A stretch of 64,000 nucleotides of DNA from a virus (taxonomy: Duplodnaviria; Caudoviricetes): positions 49,040 to 113,039 of IMG/VR virus record IMGVR_UViG_3300033121_002354; one strand, 5' to 3'. The position numbers and the translations under genes are program-made. The notes beneath the pieces were generated by a model, which was not told the origin of the DNA, did not search any database, and was given only the letters and a program-made list of their open reading frames with translations. How positions within the stretch are numbered: position 1 is the first letter of the stretch; each line of letters opens with the position of its first letter. Shown piece by piece: positions 23,001 through 31,468 of the stretch.

Positions 23001-24426
23001 ATCGGCAAATGCTATAGTTGCAAACTCAAATAATAATGCGTCACAGATACAGGCGATAATTGATACAATCAAAGATCCTAGCAGTGACCAATTTCAACTT
23101 AATGCTGTTGCAAAACTGGACCAAACACTGTCTTCTTTTCCTGTTTTGTTTAGCGAATCAAAAATAAAAACTTCAGGTACACATACAACATATTTACTGC
23201 CAAGAAGCGAAGACCCGTTCATGAACCTAAAAAGTGTAGCAGAAGATGTTTTGTCTTTAGGAATTTCAAAGATAAACGATTTATCCTTAACAACATCTGG
23301 CTCTACTTTAAGCAGTCAAATTTCCACTTTAGCAAATGCTTTAAGTGCTTACAAAAACAAGCCAATCGAAATTACTGCCAACCAGAGCAGAAAGCTTTAT
23401 GATATAGAAATAGAAGTTACCGTTTTAAGTGATCAGCTTTTTGGGCAGACAATTTGTTCCAGTACGTTGACATCTTTAAACGCTTTTATACAAACCCTAG
23501 AACAAGCAATTAAAAAGATAAACGCCACACAATCTTTGTTGTCAACAAGCAGCAATCAAGGTACTTCCGTTTCTGATGTAGGTACTGTAACAGTAGATGC
23601 CACAAATTCTGATAGTAGTGGACAAAATGTTTATTCTAAATGTCTTTTGGGAATTACTCCTGAACCAAAACAGCAAAACACCTGTCCTGTTGTGACCTAT
23701 TTTAATACTGTACCCTGGATTCCACAAACGAGAACAATTTTGGGTACAAATTCTTCTACTGCAGATGAGGTTTTAACAGAATTGCAGTCTTTAGAATACG
23801 ATTCTCCTTTTGGGAGCAGTCAGATATTCGACGGAATAACACAAATAGCAAACCTGATAACCTCAGAAGAAGTAAAAGACTTGAACAAGTATGTTTACAT
23901 CTTTTCTGACACCGAAGAGAACTTGTCAAGCTCATCTCTTGATGACGCAGTTAACAACATAAATGCCGTAGATGGTCTTAATAAGACCCCAATCATTTTC
24001 AATGTTATCAATACTGCACTTCCAGCATCAATTGTTTCGGAAGCAACTTCGTCCCAATCAATTACGGCAGAAACTTTGTCACAAAAGACAAATGGTCAGA
24101 CAACGGTTTTGAATGATTCTAAATATATAAATGAAATTGCCGACTTGTCCATAAGGGCCACTGGTGGTCTTGGACACGGTGTTTACAGGAGAGTAATTGA
24201 TCTAGGCGAGCTTTCTTCAATATCAAAAATAACACCAGGCTTCTTTCTTCCGACCGACGCAACCATTTCCATCCGCTTCAGGACAAGTACGGATGGGCAA
24301 AATTATTCCACTTGGACAAAGTTATACAAGAACGTTTCTAGTATAACAGTAGAGAATATTTTGTGCAGATTCATAGAAATAGAAGTTGTATTAAATACGG
24401 AATTTATTGATTTAAGTAGCTCATAA
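17047..24426 (+). CDS. Giant vWA / LamG / FN3 / Kelch-repeat virion protein
   Basis: 2459 aa; MIDAS motif LLDQSGS; LamG segment TINFWAK..WTMVTLVF..VFLNG; FN3 repeats; Kelch blades VYLFGG, IYCIGG, IYVLSG, FFTIGG, IYFFGG; C-terminal vWA elements YIFSDTEEN and LSQKTNG. Confidence 0.8.
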   Translation: MKSFAYKLFKFDDTNSDTGLPDTTIVSIPPSTTETIEITDFNHSSAEFINTSISSNGAVCLSTDEKILSILLDQSGSMTWNDSKNDKLTLLKSIIEKIKKIYPDKIKINLVTVNGEQIEIETVLSSFDSFSSISDNNIFETVQKSVFQNSVYNLGGIRVVRRTDRYPATPLDGLIITDSIIDLVFDTDLVNGETYYYTIYTYNEHGHFSNGINLKVTAVDPAFIKGVASFDAEVKTLFGPTRDESLFCSLIFSEHESTILYDSSGNKHHFSLTNEENNTFWAGSPLNEDPSTSVGGLLLNGGYLKSIESNSEFQLLSGTEKTINFWAKRYLNSNTCILFSVENNTNFQYRVKLVSNKVAIQTSGGTFVSNAVVGIDWTMVTLVFQETSPVSCDVFLNGLYDSTVTFSVPATLSNTYCYVGGSALENLFYYGSVGSISFHNTARSTIYIENLYDNESHNFVSPILNTAIEPADNGERSVLINWLIPDEYEFDKIKITRQINRTPNYVDDGDIVVDTTVTNGSFSFLDCHDFINGANYYYRIFTLLNDEVCHVSNALVSSTLIPFQIQKDLLVTELEMPVTTLVPGDRRVLIKWNSPTDSRVVGTRIYYNTKEYPNIDGQTSTSVLIFDSVDGSTKYVHRNIPNDINYYSVIFYDKFGNISAQDQVKTLTSSDFADVIFDSDEISDLHIEQTASSEIKLQWKNPILETNSLDLWFGESAIFLINIKSLNGNEITTLPQLKSNLTTSFEISTSNTSTNASFGNLATFEITDLGNGLIKGIIRHTNNTATLNSLASIKADVANNFEILDRNSDLAIFKCSLNSVLVNFSQPLSIDIENLLQLKVPAQNLTTGTETTTGSRVCPERFCESVTDTTPNTFISGGYANQSQSYIARVYVSSKNLPVPDGTIVNISLKLTGKNTTPVYTKILEGSYQTVSSNIERLDSNGVSTGIFERRSYVDVEMQSPITEETVDIIAAFSLNGLQVTKNHTVTWLNTLKMEVHANKPMPDGIDSVEQFANIYFVDPDDPENIEKRTPVVDGTIVQWKLEQGSFAKDRPFYSTEPLAQRVGGVYSLTKNGTARNVFFGPISNIKSNVVTFSCASGDGGTCCVGEEYKVVAQIVYNDKTYKAGQWIGYDCQEAQSLNLSSKILMTGDSDTLSVFPHYLTYADGESLIHLKVISDPTTSSEFYADCFIACLNNLGMPIYTLPCNQLLQIDPGELDTQAISEGRTTEAGIEVLWDVVFDENPYTGEKTIVSYESLSPFDFVDNISQYIALVPVSGATTDIYLRWNKFVGDNNPAECKENKTNISVATILSELDGGSGPCDFVPKCHELDACGIKKKKKYKNVQPVNVTTTLVANNKTVTLTGGGTYEEGIPPVYVGFKEPLAINIVDIRVNGINGNKVQDIIVDGVTRHTFVVEATFAGKPVPSGTPINLEVVPVSGDTSSIVLSSSKVYTHLVHDPIFDPLEEVDARSLAYFEINPLPNVTFSASIKATCNYDKLGTVSRKMSASVKLSNTANTPSDCETPPCGSTSSSTGSSTKRKVVSNEVIIYSTINDEYSSESGLLDFRSGQFSWLVSNLTSDTGQVPDTSGSVPNETSVYLFGGWDGNKILASSEIFDIATLESTYTFSMITPRVHGMTQKIGDNIYCIGGIEVDSFGNLQVSRKIESFNIVTQRWNPTLATMPAGVSFGVSMVHNGFIYVLSGVRTIVNNCCSPESLNTDIYKYDPTTDTWSTISTDEPTYSRISPFSVSQNGTLLVYSGSTPKTDALIASELNASVSKQLNEFKTSLLSSSYYKNLPDGDLELLIGDTQQKILENTFTSPYFYLSSAYIFDPETETVVEYEVPWKNLPALRSRGCSIESGNNFFTIGGSNVKSSTSNRNEKINLSTNEYTKLKNLPRGRCNFSAHLYNNTIYFFGGFTSGHQEGWLSIDAKVYPTFAETIGKESPSISVNLYDDGGELVTEEVELLVRGRINIPFLTPALGVDAAKQSANAIVANSNNNASQIQAIIDTIKDPSSDQFQLNAVAKLDQTLSSFPVLFSESKIKTSGTHTTYLLPRSEDPFMNLKSVAEDVLSLGISKINDLSLTTSGSTLSSQISTLANALSAYKNKPIEITANQSRKLYDIEIEVTVLSDQLFGQTICSSTLTSLNAFIQTLEQAIKKINATQSLLSTSSNQGTSVSDVGTVTVDATNSDSSGQNVYSKCLLGITPEPKQQNTCPVVTYFNTVPWIPQTRTILGTNSSTADEVLTELQSLEYDSPFGSSQIFDGITQIANLITSEEVKDLNKYVYIFSDTEENLSSSSLDDAVNNINAVDGLNKTPIIFNVINTALPASIVSEATSSQSITAETLSQKTNGQTTVLNDSKYINEIADLSIRATGGLGHGVYRRVIDLGELSSISKITPGFFLPTDATISIRFRTSTDGQNYSTWTKLYKNVSSITVENILCRFIEIEVVLNTEFIDLSSS

Positions 24427-26096
24427 TGTTTTCAAGGCACTATTTTGCTCCACATTATTTCGCTCCACATTATTGGGCATCAAAAGGCTCAATAAATATT
24501 GTTTCTTATGGAACAATTCCGTGTTTTACCTCTTTATATATAGAAAAGTCTGCTGTTAGGGAAGATTGGCTTTTTTTAAATCCCATCACAACCGATGGAG
24601 CCGTTGAACAGGTTGAAGCGTCTTTAGCAATAAGTAAGCCGGAAGCAGCAACATCATTTTATGGCATTTCTGCAAGTGACAGTTTTGCATCCAAAGACAT
24701 GAGCACAAAAGAACGGCCTTTGTTGTTAGAATCACGAAAAACTTTTATGCTAAACAGAAGTAAAAACAGTGATTCCGTCGTAGCAGAGGAGCAGTTAACT
24801 ACAACAAATGGTTTTGTTTTTAGTGCAGATTACGGCCCCTGGAACGGAATGAGCGAAATTGAAATAACAGAAACAGTAGATGGAGTAACAAGGACTTTAA
24901 GCACAAATGAATACAAAGTTATTCCATACAGTGGAAAAGTAGTCACTCAAAAAAGATACGCCCTGAATAAGACATTCAATATTTTTATTTCTGACACTGA
25001 AAGAATGAGAGTCGGCTTCTTTATTAAAAATCCTAGCACAACACAATCCATTACAATTGAGGGAGCTGGATACGTTTATACAACAAACAAAGAAAGACAA
25101 CCAGCCCTAAGCCAAGTGGCACCCACTGCGTCACAAATAAAAATTTCTCCAAACGAGCCAACCATAAATTCTGTTATGGCAATAAGTTATAAATACTTTG
25201 ATTTGAACAGAAACGCAGAAAGCGGAACACTCATTCAGTGGTTTAAGAATGGAATACCCTTGTTTGAGATAAACAACAAACAATCATTTTCAAACACTGA
25301 TTTGTTGCCTGTTAACAAATTAAAAAGTGGTGATACTATTTCTGCCATAGTTACTCCATCTGACGGCACTTCTTATGGAACCGCAAAAAATGCTCCACCT
25401 GTTAAAATAGCCGAAAGTCCACCGACACTAGAAGCTGCCAAAATAGTGCCAACTCGCAACGGAGTTGTTAACAGCGTTTTTGACACTTCGAGTGTTTTAA
25501 CTGTTAGTTATCAGTTTTTATTGCCCGGCAGCACGAGCAGTAAAGAAAAGAATACAACTTTGGTATGGTTTGTAAATGGAGACATATTTAAGACTCAAAC
25601 TTTTTCATTTAATGATCCGGTTTCTAAAAAAACACTCTACCCAGTTCCAACGGTTATAGGTAAAGATACGGATGGCAAGGACATAACTCAAGATGACAGT
25701 GCGGCATTTATCATTGGAAATCAGATTTACGTAGAAATAACACCGAAAACCAGCTCTAAAACTGGAGAGCTTATCAGAACTGACACAATCACTTTAGTAA
25801 ATTCAGTTCCTGTAATCAACGATGCCAGCATTAAGCAGGCAGCAGGAAATATAGACGTGTCTTATACAATAAGCGACGTAGATATAAACAGGGGCTCTGA
25901 AACCGATCAAACCGAGATACACTGGTTTGAGGCATTGTCGGGTGGAGCATTTACAGAACGTTCTGATTTGCTTTCCAAGCGATCTGTCCCCCTTTCTTCA
26001 TTCACCAAGGGATCATCTGTGCGTGTTAAGTTTATTCCTTTTGATGGCATGTCATTTGGTATAGAATTTACAACTGCGTCTATTTTAATAACATAA
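24426..26096 (+). CDS. Ig-like repeat virion protein with an N-terminal HYFAP repeat
   Basis: 556 aa; repeat PTASQIKISP..SYKYFD..IQWFKNG..VTPSDG is similar to repeats in ORF 1301-7420. Confidence 0.75.
   Translation: MFSRHYFAPHYFAPHYWASKGSINIVSYGTIPCFTSLYIEKSAVREDWLFLNPITTDGAVEQVEASLAISKPEAATSFYGISASDSFASKDMSTKERPLLLESRKTFMLNRSKNSDSVVAEEQLTTTNGFVFSADYGPWNGMSEIEITETVDGVTRTLSTNEYKVIPYSGKVVTQKRYALNKTFNIFISDTERMRVGFFIKNPSTTQSITIEGAGYVYTTNKERQPALSQVAPTASQIKISPNEPTINSVMAISYKYFDLNRNAESGTLIQWFKNGIPLFEINNKQSFSNTDLLPVNKLKSGDTISAIVTPSDGTSYGTAKNAPPVKIAESPPTLEAAKIVPTRNGVVNSVFDTSSVLTVSYQFLLPGSTSSKEKNTTLVWFVNGDIFKTQTFSFNDPVSKKTLYPVPTVIGKDTDGKDITQDDSAAFIIGNQIYVEITPKTSSKTGELIRTDTITLVNSVPVINDASIKQAAGNIDVSYTISDVDINRGSETDQTEIHWFEALSGGAFTERSDLLSKRSVPLSSFTKGSSVRVKFIPFDGMSFGIEFTTASILIT
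24438..24476 (+). repeat. 2.6 x 15-nt coding tandem repeat (HYFAP-HYFAP-HYW)
   Basis: CACTATTTTGCTCCA / CATTATTTCGCTCCA / CATTATTGG; the two full copies differ only at synonymous positions. Confidence 0.85.
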
Positions 26097-26934
26097 ATTC
26101 TGATTTTTTCATACCTGTAAACTTATATTGATAGCACTTTACTGGGTTGGGAAGCATAAACTTAAATAAATCACCAATTGATTTGGATTCAATTCTAATC
26201 ATATATTCTGAATATGATTTACGTTTATACACAACGATATGTGATTTGATATCTAATTTGTCTAATTTTTTAATAAGAATATTTTCTATCTCATTGTATA
26301 GAAATCCGTTTGTACAAAAAATTAATTCCGAACGATTATCTCTTTTTCTGTAACTTCCATCTCCTAAAAACCATAATAATGTTGATAATGGTGTAATTCT
26401 GACATCTTTTGGAATTATTTTAACTCCATTTGGATACCATCTTATTAATTGTGTATGTGTATCTGGATGATATTTTGTAGTTCCAACATTACTAATACTA
26501 AAACCATTCTTTAGTCGTGGATCATAAACTTTCTTTTTGATAAATGTTGGATTATAACACTCAAATTCTTTCATTAAATAACGACAAAACTCTTCATGTT
26601 GAACCGTGCATCCATACGCACACCCAACAGAACTTGGCTTAATGTATCCATCACCAAGCAAAAATCCATCTATCCACTCTAAAAGATGTTCATTTAAAAA
26701 TGAAACAGAATAATCACAGGAAGCTCTTAAGATGTTTTCTTCTATTTTGGATCTCGTTTTTATCCCACAAGCTATAGCTCGACGGCGAACTTGAGACACA
26801 TCCATTGAAAAATTATATTTTTCTTTAACTAACGCACAAATTTTTGGAAATGACAATTCCTTATTTATATAGTAATGATTAAAAAAATCAAGCGTGTATA
26901 TCTCGTTAGCTATTTTAGAATGTTTTGCACCCAC
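26080..26934 (-). CDS. Free-standing double-motif LAGLIDADG homing endonuclease
   Basis: 284 aa; WIDGFLLGDG and TLLWFLGDGS motifs; RWYPNGVKIIP; opposite strand to flanking operon, very AT-rich. Confidence 0.85.
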   Translation of the reverse strand: MGAKHSKIANEIYTLDFFNHYYINKELSFPKICALVKEKYNFSMDVSQVRRRAIACGIKTRSKIEENILRASCDYSVSFLNEHLLEWIDGFLLGDGYIKPSSVGCAYGCTVQHEEFCRYLMKEFECYNPTFIKKKVYDPRLKNGFSISNVGTTKYHPDTHTQLIRWYPNGVKIIPKDVRITPLSTLLWFLGDGSYRKRDNRSELIFCTNGFLYNEIENILIKKLDKLDIKSHIVVYKRKSYSEYMIRIESKSIGDLFKFMLPNPVKCYQYKFTGMKKSEFMLLK

Positions 26935-26981
26935 ATATAGTTATGTGATATTTATGCACAAAATCCTATTGCAACTCTTCA

Positions 26982-27278
26982 TTATTTTTGTTTCTCCATT
27001 AAATCTGTCAAACAAATTGCTGCTACTACACTTCTCAATCCATTGCCATGAGGAGTATCGGGCACTCCCTGATTTTTCATCACTTGTTTAGCCTTTATTT
27101 TATAGCTATTAAATTCTGCCATTGAAATTTCAATAATTGCTGCCGAAGGCATTGTTTTATATCTATTTAACAACTCATTTCTTGTTTTGCAATCAGTATT
27201 GCCTGATTTTTTCCACACATCAAAATCTTCCTCTGTTGGAATAATACACCCAATTTTACCTGCTGTTAATAATTTCAT
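26982..27278 (-). CDS. Hypothetical protein
   Basis: 98 aa; AGGAG Shine-Dalgarno just upstream of ATG on the minus strand. Confidence 0.65.
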   Translation of the reverse strand: MKLLTAGKIGCIIPTEEDFDVWKKSGNTDCKTRNELLNRYKTMPSAAIIEISMAEFNSYKIKAKQVMKNQGVPDTPHGNGLRSVVAAICLTDLMEKQK

Positions 27279-27387
27279 ATATTCTCCTATTTAGAGTTTA
27301 TGCAAACAAAACTTGCACCAACAACGCTGCTGCTGACTGTTTGAAAAAATTCTTTTCTCGAATTCACTTTGTTCCGTATAATTAAAT

Positions 27388-28125
27388 GTGGGCATCTATT
27401 CTCAACCACACGAACATACCGATATAGTTGTTCTAACCCATAACGGTTTAGAGTTTACTAAGTGCTGTATCCACAACATTCAAAAGCACACAAAAAACTA
27501 TACCCTAATAGTTGTGGACAACGCCTCTTCAGATGATACGATAAAATATCTTAAAAAACAAGATGTTGTCCTGATAGAAAACAAAACAAATCGCGGTGTT
27601 GCTGGCGGAAGAAATGACGGACTTAAGTCTGGAACGTCAGAATTTTGTATATGTCTTGATAATGATCAGTATGTCGGAGAAGATTGGTTAGAAGAGTTAT
27701 TTACGTTTATTCACAAAGGATTTGATACGTGCGGAGTTGATGCTTGGCAAATGAACGAACCAACACATCCTAGAGCTTATATACCAAGAAAGCATTGTCA
27801 GTCAAAATATGATATTCCAACCTATATTGGGGGTGGTGGACACTTAATTAAAAGAAGCATTTTAGATGAGTTTAATTTTTTTGATGAGGTTTTCAATCCG
27901 TTTTATTACGAAGATTCAGATCTGTATTTCAAACTTCACAAAAAAGGCTATAAATCATTTTGGAATTCTAAGCACAAAATAAAGCACGTTGGTAACAGCA
28001 CCGTCACTTCTTTTAGCCGCAGTCAACAATTTATTAAAACACATAAGATTTTTAAAGAGCGTTGGTTTCCATATTTTCCAGAACCTCTCACAATTTGTTG
28101 TGATATAGACAGAATTTTAGCATGA
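27388..28125 (+). CDS. Glycosyltransferase family 2
   Basis: IVVLTHN, IVVDNASSDDT, NRGVAGGRNDG, LDND, FDEVF..YYEDSDLY. Confidence 0.9.
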   Translation: MGIYSQPHEHTDIVVLTHNGLEFTKCCIHNIQKHTKNYTLIVVDNASSDDTIKYLKKQDVVLIENKTNRGVAGGRNDGLKSGTSEFCICLDNDQYVGEDWLEELFTFIHKGFDTCGVDAWQMNEPTHPRAYIPRKHCQSKYDIPTYIGGGGHLIKRSILDEFNFFDEVFNPFYYEDSDLYFKLHKKGYKSFWNSKHKIKHVGNSTVTSFSRSQQFIKTHKIFKERWFPYFPEPLTICCDIDRILA

Positions 28126-29213
28126 AAATTGCAATCTGCACAAATTTTTACAGTCCAGCCATTGGTGGCGGTGAAGAAGTTTCACGCAGAATAAGTGAGT
28201 ATCTTGCCAGAAATAACACTGTTAAAGTTTTCACTAGGCAATTAAACGACCGCGAACATCGCAACGTTAATGGGGTTGAAATATCTGAATACAACCCTTT
28301 AATTCCGAATTCTTTCTTGAAATCAATCACTAAATTTAGTCCTGATTATGTTTTAATTTATAGTGATGTTTTTGATTTTTTTATACAAACTCTTCAACTT
28401 AAAATCAAAACCATAATCTGCATGTGTGGCGGCAATCGAGTAGAAAAAAGAGATGAACAGAAACGTTTGCTAGAAAACATGGACTGTGTAAAACACATTG
28501 TTATACACTCAGAAAAAGAGCAGTGCTATAACTTGTTAAATGACTTAGGGTTAAAAGCTACAATTATTCCAAACGGAATAGACCTTAGTGAATTTTCTGT
28601 AAATCCAAGCAAGTCTGATTTGTTAAGCAAATACAAAGATTACTTTTGGATTTTAAATATCTCTAATTTCTTCCCTGGAAAGAACCAGAATTTGTGTTTT
28701 GAGATAATCAAGAGAATCCCTGAATGCAAAAATTCGTTATATATTCAAATAGCCGCTAACAGCAGTTTCAATATTTGCAAACAAAATAAAGTGTTATGGG
28801 ATGTGGCACAAGCAAAATATTCAAAATTAGGAATAAAATCAGTTTTGAAACAGGGGATAGGAAGAAAAGAAACAGTTGAATTTTTAAAGTGTTCAAACGC
28901 ATTTCTTTTTACCAGCGAAAAAGAAGTTGGACCATTAGTAATTCTAGAGGCAATGGCTGCTGAAATACCTTGGGTGTCGGCTGACGTAGGAGAAGTGCCA
29001 CTACTTCCTTCTGGCGGTTTTGTTGTGAGCACACCTAAAAATGATAAAAAATGTGTGATATTTGATGAAAGGGTATTAGACAAAATGGCCGAAAAACTAA
29101 GTTATGCAATCAAGAATCCAACCGCAGGTTTTGATGGTCAAAATTTCATAAAGGGAAGAGACTGGTCCAACATTCTGCCATATTATGAACGCTTATTTTT
29201 TAACGAACATTAA
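28122..29213 (+). CDS. Glycosyltransferase family 4 (GT-B)
   Basis: MKIAICTNFYSPAIGGGE, IIPNGID, KNQ, FTSEKEVGPLVILEAMAAEIPWVSADVG. Confidence 0.9.
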   Translation: MKIAICTNFYSPAIGGGEEVSRRISEYLARNNTVKVFTRQLNDREHRNVNGVEISEYNPLIPNSFLKSITKFSPDYVLIYSDVFDFFIQTLQLKIKTIICMCGGNRVEKRDEQKRLLENMDCVKHIVIHSEKEQCYNLLNDLGLKATIIPNGIDLSEFSVNPSKSDLLSKYKDYFWILNISNFFPGKNQNLCFEIIKRIPECKNSLYIQIAANSSFNICKQNKVLWDVAQAKYSKLGIKSVLKQGIGRKETVEFLKCSNAFLFTSEKEVGPLVILEAMAAEIPWVSADVGEVPLLPSGGFVVSTPKNDKKCVIFDERVLDKMAEKLSYAIKNPTAGFDGQNFIKGRDWSNILPYYERLFFNEH

Positions 29214-29880
29214 ACAGGGCACTTCACAAAATAATCTACGTTCACTTTTTAACTCCATAAAGAGACAAACTACAGAAATACCTGTGGCAATTATTTGTGA
29301 GAATAATGACGCAGAAATAAAGAAGATAGAAACATGCATAAAAGAAACCAAGATTGATGGGACTTTGTTTGTAAACAACAATAATTTATATGAATCACAG
29401 TTTAAAAACATTGTCATCAAATCTTTAGAGACAGAAATTATCCTGATAACCACTGCAGAATCAGTAAATTACAGTGACAGAGCAGAAAAAGAAATAACAT
29501 TACTCACAAGCACAGATTTGAGCATTATTGGAAGTTCTGTAATATTTGGTACAACAGAATTTACCGTCCCACAATATTACATCGAATGTTATGATATGTT
29601 TTTTTATAAAAAAGAGGTATTTGTACACAGGGAAACCGTAGCTTACAAAGTGAAAGATTTTTTAGAAATAGGCGGCTACAATAAACAACCAACCACTCTT
29701 ATAGATTTTGAAGTTTGGTGCAGATTTATGACACAAGGATACAAAGTAATGAACGTACAAAAACCACTAGTAAATACCAATGAAGTTGATTTTAACGCAA
29801 AAGAAGACGTAGAATCCATTTGGAAATCATTTTATTTCAGACAGTTACCTACACTCCCCTTGCCAAAAGAATATGTTTAA
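29185..29880 (+). CDS. Divergent GT2-like protein
   Basis: C-terminal FVH..FLEIGGYN....IDFEVWCRF resembles GT-A; no clear DxD motif. Confidence 0.5.
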   Translation: MNAYFLTNIKQGTSQNNLRSLFNSIKRQTTEIPVAIICENNDAEIKKIETCIKETKIDGTLFVNNNNLYESQFKNIVIKSLETEIILITTAESVNYSDRAEKEITLLTSTDLSIIGSSVIFGTTEFTVPQYYIECYDMFFYKKEVFVHRETVAYKVKDFLEIGGYNKQPTTLIDFEVWCRFMTQGYKVMNVQKPLVNTNEVDFNAKEDVESIWKSFYFRQLPTLPLPKEYV

Positions 29881-29916
29881 ATTTTCCGTATAACAATATT
29901 TGTAAGGAGCTTATTC

Positions 29917-30351
29917 ATGTCAACAGATTTTAAGCTTGGAAAATACCTGCCACGTTGGGTACTTGCTAAAATCTCGAAAAGAACGTGTTTTAGCTGCGGA
30001 TTTAAGTTTAATAAATGTGATATCGTACAAGTTGGAATTCGTAAAACAAAAAATCCAGACGGAACAACCCAAGCTTCTTTGGCGGTCGAAACTTGGTGCA
30101 GTAATTGTAAAAAGGGCTCCATTACAACTTTTCCACAAGAACACTATAAGTCTTTTAGACACCTGTTGTGTCTTCTTTTAAGCGAAATTCAGAAAAATGA
30201 TAGAGCTGAAGCTGCACAAAAAAGAGCAAAAGAACTTAACGATTCCTTTCCACAGATAACCGAAAAAGACTTGGAAGATTTTAAAAAGGAATTGGAAAAA
30301 ATGACAACACATAGTGAATTTCTTAACAAGTTAGGATTAAGCGATGATTGA
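29917..30351 (+). CDS. Zinc-ribbon protein
   Basis: CFSC...CSNC; AAGGAG SD upstream. Confidence 0.65.
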   Translation: MSTDFKLGKYLPRWVLAKISKRTCFSCGFKFNKCDIVQVGIRKTKNPDGTTQASLAVETWCSNCKKGSITTFPQEHYKSFRHLLCLLLSEIQKNDRAEAAQKRAKELNDSFPQITEKDLEDFKKELEKMTTHSEFLNKLGLSDD

Positions 30352-31468
30352 GTCTTTCTTTTTGGCTGGTCTTTTAGAAAAAACCGGAAAACTAAATTAC
30401 CTGTCGGACTACGAAGTGAAAATAAGTCAAAACGGTCCAGAAGATGGTATTACGGTTGCCGGAAACCAAATAACCATTCACAAGCCAACTCTTTTGAGCA
30501 AAACTCTGTTCAATTTGAGCTATGCTCTACTAAGCAAAGACTTGCCAGATCAAGAAAAGAATTATCTGTCCCTCTTTCTGTGGATAGAAATAAATGAATA
30601 TCTTAATAAAGGCACTTTCTCAGAAAAACCACCAATATTAAGAGGCGGAAACGAGTTTTTATCTACCGTTTTACCCATAAACAAAATATTCCAACCCATA
30701 ACTGACCAAATTATAAAACTTTATCCAGTGTTACATATGAAATGTGCTTATACAGACCCCTGTAGAATAATAAATTCATTTTCCGAATTAAGCACCATAA
30801 CACTCGAAAATGCAGTTCAAACAAAACTTCGGTCTATTCCTAACTCAAAATATCCTCTTATTTTGTGTAATAACTCTGTTCAAAATCCTGCTGCTTGTGA
30901 ATCCACTATATTCATAAAGCAACTGGAGCTAAATTTTGGAGAAGAAAAAACCCAAAGAATATTGAAGCATTTATTATTGAACGAATTTGATATTTTACAA
31001 GCATTTGTGACAATATTGAACATTTGTTCCATAGATGGAATGCTTAATTATGTAGAAGAATTTTTACAATGCATAAAAAGATATGTTAAGCTTAATGATG
31101 ATGAAGCAGAACAATGTGTACAAATAACAACGCTTGTCTTCAACAATATTCCGTTTCTAAGCAATAAAGTTGCACAGTACACGAATCAGTCTGTCGAAAA
31201 ACAATGGATGTGGTGGGGCACAATGGTGGGACTGACAGAAAAACAATTGGGCGGAAACCGACACCAAAGACGAGATGCAACAGAAAACATGAAGCCAATT
31301 GAAGACAAACTAAAAGAGATGATCAAAATTTACGAACAAAAAACTGGAAAAAAAGACCTTTGTATTGAAGACTTACTAAAAGTGGTCCGGGAATACGACG
31401 AAAGCAAAACTATTGAACCAGGGCGTATTTACGAACGACTTTTAGGAGAAAATCGTATATGGCAGTAA
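30344..31468 (+). CDS. Hypothetical protein
   Basis: 374-aa ORF coupled to neighbours; no recognised motif. Confidence 0.65.
   Translation: MIESFFLAGLLEKTGKLNYLSDYEVKISQNGPEDGITVAGNQITIHKPTLLSKTLFNLSYALLSKDLPDQEKNYLSLFLWIEINEYLNKGTFSEKPPILRGGNEFLSTVLPINKIFQPITDQIIKLYPVLHMKCAYTDPCRIINSFSELSTITLENAVQTKLRSIPNSKYPLILCNNSVQNPAACESTIFIKQLELNFGEEKTQRILKHLLLNEFDILQAFVTILNICSIDGMLNYVEEFLQCIKRYVKLNDDEAEQCVQITTLVFNNIPFLSNKVAQYTNQSVEKQWMWWGTMVGLTEKQLGGNRHQRRDATENMKPIEDKLKEMIKIYEQKTGKKDLCIEDLLKVVREYDESKTIEPGRIYERLLGENRIWQ

Noticed and set aside
242-25100. Numerous 60-150 aa minus-strand ORFs within the structural genes
   Set aside because: Fully nested antisense ORFs expected from codon bias; no SD or recognisable domains
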